DNA from: a virus
Lineage: Duplodnaviria > Caudoviricetes
DNA length: 64,000 nucleotides
Reading direction: 5' to 3' (one strand)
IMG/VR virus record: IMGVR_UViG_3300034071_001210
Location: 32,001-96,000 of that record
In this document: positions 55,158 through 62,317 of the stretch, piece after piece
Position numbering within the stretch: position 1 is the first letter of the stretch
Layout: the number at the start of each line of letters is the position of its first letter
Made by a program: the position numbers and the translations under genes
The notes under the pieces: model-generated
Told to the model about the DNA's origin: nothing
What the model saw: only the letters and a program-made list of their open reading frames with translations
Database searches by the model: none

Positions 55158-55697
55158 ATGAGAAATGCAAATTTACCTTATCACCTATATGTAAATGTTA
55201 AAAATTCATTTCTTGGGCAGAATATGCCTGATGGGTATACACCTGCCATGTGGCACGCTGTGTATTCTCGTCCCGGTCAGTTGATCTGCTGCCATGTGAT
55301 TCTTCAATCAGGTGCTCATTGGTCAGGTCTTCCGTTGTCTGCCTTATCGACTACTGATGTATTTGATGATAATAGTAATATTAACATTCAACCTTGGGGT
55401 GGAATGGGAAATAATATTGAAACTTTTATGGCAACCTACTTAGAAGGGCTTTCCGTGAATGTCTTTCGTGCAGAAAAAGAGGGTAGGCACACCGGAATTA
55501 TACTTGATTGGGAAGATGGGTATTCTCGTTACCCTGCTGAACATAAGCCTCTAAGTCTTATTGCTCTTGACTGTGGATACTTTGCTCTCGTTCCCAATAA
55601 TTACTTTACGGTGAAGGATAAGCATTTTGTGAATGATAAACATTCAAATAATTTAAAATTTTATAAACGTGGTGAGACTGTCTATTGGGAGCGTTAA
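55158..55697 (+). CDS. Conserved phage hypothetical protein (leaderless)
   Basis: TTGACT-16-TATAAT-N7-ATG; SGAHWSGLP, EHKPL, LVPNN. Confidence 0.8.
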   Translation: MRNANLPYHLYVNVKNSFLGQNMPDGYTPAMWHAVYSRPGQLICCHVILQSGAHWSGLPLSALSTTDVFDDNSNINIQPWGGMGNNIETFMATYLEGLSVNVFRAEKEGRHTGIILDWEDGYSRYPAEHKPLSLIALDCGYFALVPNNYFTVKDKHFVNDKHSNNLKFYKRGETVYWER

Positions 55698-56098
55698 GTA
55701 TTTCTCTTTGTAGGGGATACTTTGTTTCCTGATGCTCCATGCATTCCTACTCTTGACTTCTCTGCCTTCTTACTCTTGAGTTCCTTTGATGACATCTCTG
55801 AGGCTGTCTTTGGGGTCTTCTTGCTGACTCTCTTGCTTGGTCTGCAATACTCATTCTTTCCCCCTGCACCACAATCCTTGCCAGTCTTGGTATCTTTCCA
55901 CTCCTCTGCCTCCCAGCGTTTCAGATTGGCTCCCTCTTTCGACTTCTTGACATCACCCTTGCCTTTGCGGCATTTGGCGGTTGCTTGGGCTGCTCTGGCT
56001 GACCACTTACCATATGAGTTCATGGCTTGTCGGTAACAGGCATCCTTCTCTTCATAGAGATCATTTGATTCTGCTAAAAATTCTTTAAATTTCTTCAT
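55694..56098 (-). CDS. Basic conserved phage protein (DUF5872-like) with capsid-targeting leader
   Basis: MKKFKEFLAE; WSARAAQ, LKRWEAEEW, CRPSKRVSKKTPKT. Confidence 0.75.
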   Translation of the reverse strand: MKKFKEFLAESNDLYEEKDACYRQAMNSYGKWSARAAQATAKCRKGKGDVKKSKEGANLKRWEAEEWKDTKTGKDCGAGGKNEYCRPSKRVSKKTPKTASEMSSKELKSKKAEKSRVGMHGASGNKVSPTKRNT

Positions 56099-56154
56099 GG
56101 TACAATATTTATTGATTTAATTGACACACATCTTGAGTGTGTTATACTACATCA

Positions 56155-56613
56155 ATGCCAAATCCATATTACTCTTTAAATAAACAAAGCACGACTGTTG
56201 CTTTGCCATTTGATGATGATGATACACAAAACACAAATGTAATATACAGAGTATGTAGCAATTGCAACACCAGAAAACCATTGCAAGATTTTTATAAAGA
56301 TCGTGATGGGCATTCTTTAAAATGCAAAATCTGTAGTCACAGAATTAATAAAATTACTAAAAATCTTCATAAGACTGCTCCCCCAAGACCACAAGCCTGT
56401 GAATGTTGTGGCAAAGTTTCAGACTCTCCATTGGTATTAGACCATGACCATGAGACTGGAAAGTTTCGTGGTTGGATATGTGCAAAGTGCAATCTAGGTT
56501 TGGGAAGACTGGGAGATACCGTTGAGTCTCTGTTGAGAGCCGTAGAATATTTGAAAAAAAGTGCTTCTAGAATTTATGGCACTTCTTTGTTTGATGAAGA
56601 ACCTACAGAGTAA
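56155..56613 (+). CDS. Endonuclease VII-like HNH nuclease (leaderless)
   Basis: CECCG...LDHDHETGKFRGWICAKCNLGLG; TTGACA-16-TATACT-N6-ATG. Confidence 0.85.
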   Translation: MPNPYYSLNKQSTTVALPFDDDDTQNTNVIYRVCSNCNTRKPLQDFYKDRDGHSLKCKICSHRINKITKNLHKTAPPRPQACECCGKVSDSPLVLDHDHETGKFRGWICAKCNLGLGRLGDTVESLLRAVEYLKKSASRIYGTSLFDEEPTE

Positions 56614-56650
56614 TACTTTACTGTTGGTGATCTTGATGTATACTAACTCT

Positions 56651-57085
56651 ATGATTTCTAGACTCTACTCTGCTGGTCAGATGTTTCATGATTCTGTATA
56701 TGAGGGATCTATGTATGTGGAAGTTTCATATACAAACAGACTTACATTTGATTCTGCGTATACCATGATGGAACCTTGGGCTGAAGCCATTGAGCCTCCT
56801 ACTGTTGCCGTTACAAGTTTTTCATCAAATTTGTTCATGGGAACGGCTGATGGTCTATGGATCTATAAAATCTACAATGGTGGAGTGTTGGTCAAGACCA
56901 TTCAAATGGTTGATCAGCAGTTTGCTATTCCTATCATGTATGATCGAATCGAGAGTATCGCAATGGGTTCATTACAGATGACAGAATCGAGTGGTGTTGC
57001 TCCTACTCCCGTTCCTTCTCCGGGTATGGGGTTGATTTTAGGAATGGCTGCACTTATTTCATTAAAACGTAAACGAGTTGTTTGA
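56651..57085 (+). CDS. Protein with PEP-CTERM-like C-terminal sorting motif
   Basis: C-terminus VPSPG-MGLILGMAALISL-KRKR; TTTACT-16-TATACT-N6-ATG. Confidence 0.7.
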   Translation: MISRLYSAGQMFHDSVYEGSMYVEVSYTNRLTFDSAYTMMEPWAEAIEPPTVAVTSFSSNLFMGTADGLWIYKIYNGGVLVKTIQMVDQQFAIPIMYDRIESIAMGSLQMTESSGVAPTPVPSPGMGLILGMAALISLKRKRVV

Positions 57086-57115
57086 CATTTACCCTACATA
57101 AGGTATCATATTGGT

Positions 57116-57352
57116 ATGAACACGACAATCAAGACATCAAAGATTGGGAGTAACCATGCCACCTTTAGCGGCAATGAATATATGTTCATTGAGTGGATGT
57201 ATAAGGTGAAGCCTGAGTTTGAATACAACTACATTAGGCTTGAAGATTCCTTCACCATTCTTTTTGATGGTAACAAGAAGTTTGCTGATGACATTCTTAA
57301 GTTCATTCGTAATGACGGACACTATACTCTTATCAACAAGAATTGGAACTAA
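57116..57352 (+). CDS. Hypothetical protein (leaderless)
   Basis: TTGACA-16-TATCAT-N6-ATG. Confidence 0.75.
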   Translation: MNTTIKTSKIGSNHATFSGNEYMFIEWMYKVKPEFEYNYIRLEDSFTILFDGNKKFADDILKFIRNDGHYTLINKNWN

Positions 57353-57354
57353 AA

Positions 57355-57618
57355 ATGATTACTAAAACAATTAAAAAAGTTAAAGCCAAGAAGTATTACT
57401 ACTCATTCATCTACAATCGTGGAAATTATTTTCAAATTTCTCGAGGACTTGAGAATCGTTATCCAAAACAATTTATGGGTTCGGGTATGATGATGGGTAA
57501 GAATAGTTTTGATCTTGGTTTTGAATGTACTGCTCTAGAGTACAAGAAGATCGTTGCATGTGCTCGCCGCCGTTATGGAAGAATTCAAAAAATCAGAAGG
57601 AATAAAATTGACTACTAA
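57355..57618 (+). CDS. Basic hypothetical protein
   Basis: Tightly packed operon. Confidence 0.65.
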   Translation: MITKTIKKVKAKKYYYSFIYNRGNYFQISRGLENRYPKQFMGSGMMMGKNSFDLGFECTALEYKKIVACARRRYGRIQKIRRNKIDY

Positions 57619-57619
57619 A

Positions 57620-57802
57620 ATGAAAAAGAAAACTACCAAGACTGCTCCTAGACGTTATACTCTATCACTAATGCCCCCACCGGGTACGTTCTCTGTACTG
57701 CTTGACGTGGCTATTCTAGCCATGCTCACGTTTGCTGCAAGTACATTGTTTCTCATGAGTCTGCAACTTTGTCAGAAGGTTACCATTACAGTAGGTAAGT
57801 AA
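57620..57802 (+). CDS. Small membrane protein
   Basis: MKKKTTK + hydrophobic segment. Confidence 0.6.
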   Translation: MKKKTTKTAPRRYTLSLMPPPGTFSVLLDVAILAMLTFAASTLFLMSLQLCQKVTITVGK

Positions 57803-57803
57803 T

Positions 57804-57923
57804 ATGACTAACTTTGTAAGTTTTGTTGCTATTATGGCTGCTCTTGTACTTGGACTTGCAATACTTTCAATTGGTTTTGCCGTTGTATTATCAATTGCTA
57901 TTCGTGCATTTGAAGCAAATTAA
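57804..57923 (+). CDS. Small membrane protein (39 aa, not in ORF track)
   Basis: MTNFVSFVAIMAALVLGLAILSIGFAVVLSIAIRAFEAN. Confidence 0.55.
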   Translation: MTNFVSFVAIMAALVLGLAILSIGFAVVLSIAIRAFEAN

Positions 57924-57934
57924 TAAGGATTCTA

Positions 57935-58354
57935 ATGGCTATTAACTTTGTAGGCGACAATGATCACGGTGATAAAGTTCTTCCTCTCTCAGATTTGTTA
58001 TGGGTAGAGGTTACAAAACTTCGTCAAGAGGTTGTCAGACTTAACAATGTAATCACAGAAATCAAAGAGGGCTTTGAGGGTTGCTGCAACGCCTGCGAAC
58101 CTGTTGGATTGATGAACAAGAAGTTGCGAGAAGAGCGTGATGAGGCTAGGTTAAATCTTTGTGATATGTATACACGAACACAACCAACAGGTTGCCAAAT
58201 GAAAGCAGAAGATTATGCCCATGACAATGACTGGGATTGCTTCAAAGCGTTAGATGAACGCAATAAATCTATAGCCAATATTCACAAAAGTATTATGACT
58301 AACCACAACGATCTTTTTCAAAAGTTAGCACAGAAAGAAAAGACCAATGGCTGA
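57935..58354 (+). CDS. Hypothetical protein
   Basis: AAGGA RBS; GCCNACE, ERDEAR, WDCF. Confidence 0.7.
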   Translation: MAINFVGDNDHGDKVLPLSDLLWVEVTKLRQEVVRLNNVITEIKEGFEGCCNACEPVGLMNKKLREERDEARLNLCDMYTRTQPTGCQMKAEDYAHDNDWDCFKALDERNKSIANIHKSIMTNHNDLFQKLAQKEKTNG

Positions 58355-58583
58355 TGGAGAATTTATAAAACACGGAATGACTCAAGCACGATTTGACTTT
58401 CTGATGCAGCCATTTGACGATGAAGATTTTATCGTCATGCTCACAGCAGAGGAACTCAAAAATGGATGGCATTGGTGTGATGAATGGGATGGTCTTCTCA
58501 TTCACACTGATGACGTTGAGTTTCAGCATTGTAAGTGTGAATTTATGAATAAGTTTCGAAAGGAAAATACCAATGAGAATTAA
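58347..58583 (+). CDS. Hypothetical protein
   Basis: GWHWCDEWDGL...C.C. Confidence 0.7.
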   Translation: MADGEFIKHGMTQARFDFLMQPFDDEDFIVMLTAEELKNGWHWCDEWDGLLIHTDDVEFQHCKCEFMNKFRKENTNEN

Positions 58584-58899
58584 ACCCCCTACTGTTGGAG
58601 AAAAGATTGCTATGACAATGACAAACGACAATGCGCCTATTGCTGATGCATCAACTCTTGTGGCTCGGTTGGAGGAACACTCCGACTTTGCTCACAAGGT
58701 AGTTCGTGATCTGTTGCGTGAAGCATCAGAACGAATTCAGTTTCTCACAAAGGAACGGGATTACTATGAGATGAAGATGACTTTCTATGCCAAGGATGCA
58801 CAGCGTGAAGCTGATGGCAGCTCAGGGAATGCATGTAAAAAAGATATTATTAATAATTATAAACATGGAACAGGATGGGGTAAAGGCAGTGATGAGTAA
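58573..58899 (+). CDS. Hypothetical protein
   Basis: AAGGA RBS, overlapping operon. Confidence 0.7.
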   Translation: MRIKPPTVGEKIAMTMTNDNAPIADASTLVARLEEHSDFAHKVVRDLLREASERIQFLTKERDYYEMKMTFYAKDAQREADGSSGNACKKDIINNYKHGTGWGKGSDE

Positions 58900-59335
58900 T
58901 AATATTAAAAAACTTGCAGATAAGCATCCACTCATATTTGCAAATATGTCAGAAGCAATGTGGTCTGATCTACCTGATGGTTGGGTAGATCTTGTGGATG
59001 AACTATGTTCTAAACTGACTCCACTACTTGTTGAGTCATATGCCAAGTATCCACCGAATGAAGAAAACTTTATGATTGGTATCACTATTGATCAGATTAA
59101 AGAAAAGTTTGGTGGACTTCGATTCTATTGTAGTTTTCTCACCGAAGATACTGATCTGTGGGGCAAGGCTACTGATATAATCAATGAATATGAAAATAGA
59201 TCATATAGTGTCTGCCAGATAACAGGAAAATCTGGAACACAATGTTCTGCAGGAAGCCAAGTTATTACTCTCTGCGAAGAAGAACGTGTTCGTATGAAGG
59301 CTATAACTATGAAGGAAGCACCGTTCAGATTTTGA
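58892..59335 (+). CDS. Conserved phage hypothetical protein
   Basis: GW..LV..L, QIKEKFGGLRFY, CQITG. Confidence 0.75.
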   Translation: MSNNIKKLADKHPLIFANMSEAMWSDLPDGWVDLVDELCSKLTPLLVESYAKYPPNEENFMIGITIDQIKEKFGGLRFYCSFLTEDTDLWGKATDIINEYENRSYSVCQITGKSGTQCSAGSQVITLCEEERVRMKAITMKEAPFRF

Positions 59336-59343
59336 GAAAATAT

Positions 59344-59601
59344 ATGGCAAATTTTAAACCTATCGGCAAATACATTTGGGTCAAGACTACTTTTGGTGGA
59401 GAGAAGACCAACGAGTTTGGTATCATTTACCAAGAGCGTTCTAAGTCTAAGTTCATTTGGAGTACTGTGCTTGCCATCGGTGATAAGTTAACCGAAGACA
59501 TCAAGGTTGGTGATGATATTCTTTGGGATGTCTCACAACTCAAAGGTGGATATGGTGGAAACCATTTAGTACATCAAGATTGGGTTCAAGCAACCAATTA
59601 A
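59344..59601 (+). CDS. GroES-like co-chaperonin
   Basis: FKPIGKYIWVK...GIIY...VLAIGD...IKVGDDIL. Confidence 0.65.
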   Translation: MANFKPIGKYIWVKTTFGGEKTNEFGIIYQERSKSKFIWSTVLAIGDKLTEDIKVGDDILWDVSQLKGGYGGNHLVHQDWVQATN

Positions 59602-59990
59602 GGTTGTTGAGCATCAAACATATCTCTCAACTCATCATGTCGTTTTCTAAGAGAATCTCTTACTTCTCTTGGAGCATCTACATTGTGTGCATGTAGTGTA
59701 TTCATATTTAATTGATCAAATATTTCTTGAGGACTAACTCCCATTAGTCCATCAAGTACTGTTGCCTTTTCAATAAAAGAATCAAAATGTTTTTTATTTT
59801 CTGGTTTTAATAGTGTATCAATTTGAGATACCATATTTTGATCATGTGGATGAATATCACCTGTTTGACCTGTGATAAATTTCTTTAAAGAGCCAAGCAT
59901 AGTAGCAACTGGGTGCACTTCTTGTTTCACACTTGGGTTTGCTGGAACTATATCATTTTCTTCACGTAAATATTGTTTAAAACTTTTCAT
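59598..59990 (-). CDS. Hypothetical protein with capsid-targeting leader
   Basis: MKSFKQYLREE start, TAATG-coupled to the upstream gene. Confidence 0.7.
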   Translation of the reverse strand: MKSFKQYLREENDIVPANPSVKQEVHPVATMLGSLKKFITGQTGDIHPHDQNMVSQIDTLLKPENKKHFDSFIEKATVLDGLMGVSPQEIFDQLNMNTLHAHNVDAPREVRDSLRKRHDELRDMFDAQQP

Positions 59991-60283
59991 TAGCAATTCC
60001 ACTTTCTCAAAGACAATGCTTTTCTAGTTGGTCTACCCTTTTCATCCTTCATTGGTCCGGGCATTCCACCCATTCTTGCACAAAAAGATTTTCTTCTTTT
60101 TGCTGCTTTTGATCCAGGCTTAAGTTTAGATGGTTTGGTGGTAACTGCTGTTTGTAATTTAGAACCAGGATTCTCTTTACGATATGATGCAACACCTTTA
60201 GCATTCAATCCACCTTCGGGATTCTTGCCTTCTTTGCGTTGCCATGCAGCAGATTCTTCTAGAAATTCTTTAAATCGTTTCAT
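59990..60283 (-). CDS. Basic conserved phage protein (DUF6321-like) with capsid-targeting leader
   Basis: MKRFKEFLEE; AWQRKEGKNPEGGLN, RRKSFCARM, LRKWNC. Confidence 0.8.
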   Translation of the reverse strand: MKRFKEFLEESAAWQRKEGKNPEGGLNAKGVASYRKENPGSKLQTAVTTKPSKLKPGSKAAKRRKSFCARMGGMPGPMKDEKGRPTRKALSLRKWNC

Positions 60284-60368
60284 ACTATATTATTTATTAA
60301 AAGAAACAACCCCCGAACTTCTCGGGGGCTGACATACTAAAGGTTCAAATTTTAGTAAGATTTTATAT

Positions 60369-61208
60369 TTACGATCCCAAGTTTCCACGAGTACCATAAA
60401 CTGAATCTGACGTTGATTGGGCTCGTTTCATGAATTCTTCATGATCTGGGTGTGATCGTCTTGCTTGGTATGCTGCATCTGAAGCAGCACGTGAAGTCTC
60501 TATAGTCGCTCTTAACTCTCTCATATCTGGATCTCTAAGCATTCTATGTGGCAACTCTAACATATGTTTACCTCTATCTGCGAATCCAGCTCTTCTGCGA
60601 CCACTGTTACCCAATGCTCTATTATATGCTGGAGCATTATCAAATATTGCACCCCATTCTTTGGCTGCATTTTGATGAAATTTTGAAGCCGCTGTCTGAG
60701 CGACAGAAAGAGCCTGACCTGCAGCATCAGATGCTTGAGCTAATTTGGCATATTCTACACTTGGATACATCGTACCATCTCTACTACGCATGATAACATC
60801 TTCTACATCAGCATCACCATCACCATCAACATCTGTTGGTTCATTATCTGGTGTTTCATTTAAAAAAATTTTTGGGAATCCACCATAAGTGAATTGACCA
60901 CCAGAAATTTCTCTACCTTCTTTGAGGTTCTTCTTTTTCTTCTTATCGGCAATAGACTTCTTAATAGCCTTATCCTTGGATCCAAAGTATTCATCCTTTG
61001 ATGATTCTACTTCACCATCGCCATCGTAGTCCTTGTCAGACTTTTTATCGGCTTTTTTGCCAGACTTCTTGTCGTCTTTCTTCTCATCCTTCTTGTCACC
61101 CTTTTTGGATTTCTTGAATTTACTAATATCAAATCGCTTCTCTAGAAGGTCGATTTGGGACTGAAGTTGTTCGCATAAATTTTTGTAGTATTGTTCTAAG
61201 TAATTCAT
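60369..61208 (-). CDS. Late hypothetical protein (possible internal head protein)
   Basis: TATAAATA upstream; MNYLEQYYKNLCEQLQ; DYDGDGEVE and DVDGDGDAD EF-loop-like motifs; LKE and LNE sites. Confidence 0.75.
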   Translation of the reverse strand: MNYLEQYYKNLCEQLQSQIDLLEKRFDISKFKKSKKGDKKDEKKDDKKSGKKADKKSDKDYDGDGEVESSKDEYFGSKDKAIKKSIADKKKKKNLKEGREISGGQFTYGGFPKIFLNETPDNEPTDVDGDGDADVEDVIMRSRDGTMYPSVEYAKLAQASDAAGQALSVAQTAASKFHQNAAKEWGAIFDNAPAYNRALGNSGRRRAGFADRGKHMLELPHRMLRDPDMRELRATIETSRAASDAAYQARRSHPDHEEFMKRAQSTSDSVYGTRGNLGS

Positions 61209-61216
61209 ATTATTAT

Positions 61217-62062
61217 TTATAAACTTAATCGTTTATCCTGTGTTGATTTGATGTACGCATTCATTTTATCCAGGTAACCCCTATTTCGGAGTTCCTTGAA
61301 TACCATATTCTCAATACTCACTTCTCCAGACTTCTTGAGTCCAGAACTTCTCATATTTCTAATTTTTTCTTTTAATTTATCAAAAGATTCATCTTCGGCT
61401 GTTGAAGCAATAAGGTCATCAATTTTTTCAATATATTCATTGACCTTCTTTTCAATACTAGGATCATTCAAATTTACCTCTTGATGCTTCGGCTCAGTGA
61501 TCCATTGGTCGTTATTAAGGCTATAAACCCCCTGGTCAGGTGGCACAGGTTCTTTGATGTCTTGAGCGTATACTTCAACATCATGTCCTAGAATGGTTAT
61601 ATCGTGTGTAAGTGACCAAAGTTGTTTCTTATCTTTAAGATAGTCATCTATTAAATTTGGGCAATTATCAATTTTTCTTTTATCAACAAGAATATGAAGA
61701 TCAATATCTGAATATGATGTATATGCGTAACTTGCATTACCACCAACAAGAATATAATCTTTTACAGCACTTTGGGGAAGTCCAACCCATTCAACCCATG
61801 TTTGTCCGATATCGATAAGTTTAGATCTAATGTCTTTCTTCAATTGCATACCATCCCAGATCTGTGGGTTTAGTTCAGTATGATATGCTAATGTTAGAGA
61901 AGTTCCTTCTTCAAGATGTTCCTTGAATGATTTTCTCTTTTTCTTTGAAATTTCAATAGCCGCAAGTTGAGCTTGGGCTTCTTGTTGAGAACTGTGTGTT
62001 CCCAATACTTTCGTACCAGTAGAGTTTTTTACAACCCATTTTTTACCTTCATGGGATATCAT
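61217..62062 (-). CDS. Pol-beta-type nucleotidyltransferase
   Basis: GGNASY.Y..YSDIDLHI, DVEVYAQD, GVYSL, ENMVFKELR; internal KSFKEHLEE. Confidence 0.8.
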   Translation of the reverse strand: MISHEGKKWVVKNSTGTKVLGTHSSQQEAQAQLAAIEISKKKRKSFKEHLEEGTSLTLAYHTELNPQIWDGMQLKKDIRSKLIDIGQTWVEWVGLPQSAVKDYILVGGNASYAYTSYSDIDLHILVDKRKIDNCPNLIDDYLKDKKQLWSLTHDITILGHDVEVYAQDIKEPVPPDQGVYSLNNDQWITEPKHQEVNLNDPSIEKKVNEYIEKIDDLIASTAEDESFDKLKEKIRNMRSSGLKKSGEVSIENMVFKELRNRGYLDKMNAYIKSTQDKRLSL

Positions 62063-62068
62063 TAAAGA

Positions 62069-62284
62069 TTATTTTTTAATTGTTGGAAAACCACCATAAA
62101 CAGTATTCTCAGATAGATTTTGGATACGTGATCCTTCGCTACCTTCAACATGCTTACTTGGGGTATTTACTTTTTTATTCTCAAGATAACTAGCAGCCAT
62201 GGTTACAAAATTACTTGTACCATTTTTCTTGATATCTTGGGCAATCTTTGAAACACCGTAATTGAATTGTTGTGAGTTACTCAT
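62069..62284 (-). CDS. Small late hypothetical protein
   Basis: CTAAATA upstream; YGGFP motif shared with the 60369 ORF. Confidence 0.6.
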   Translation of the reverse strand: MSNSQQFNYGVSKIAQDIKKNGTSNFVTMAASYLENKKVNTPSKHVEGSEGSRIQNLSENTVYGGFPTIKK

Positions 62285-62317
62285 AAAAATATTTAGTATT
62301 TTATTATTGTAGTAATA

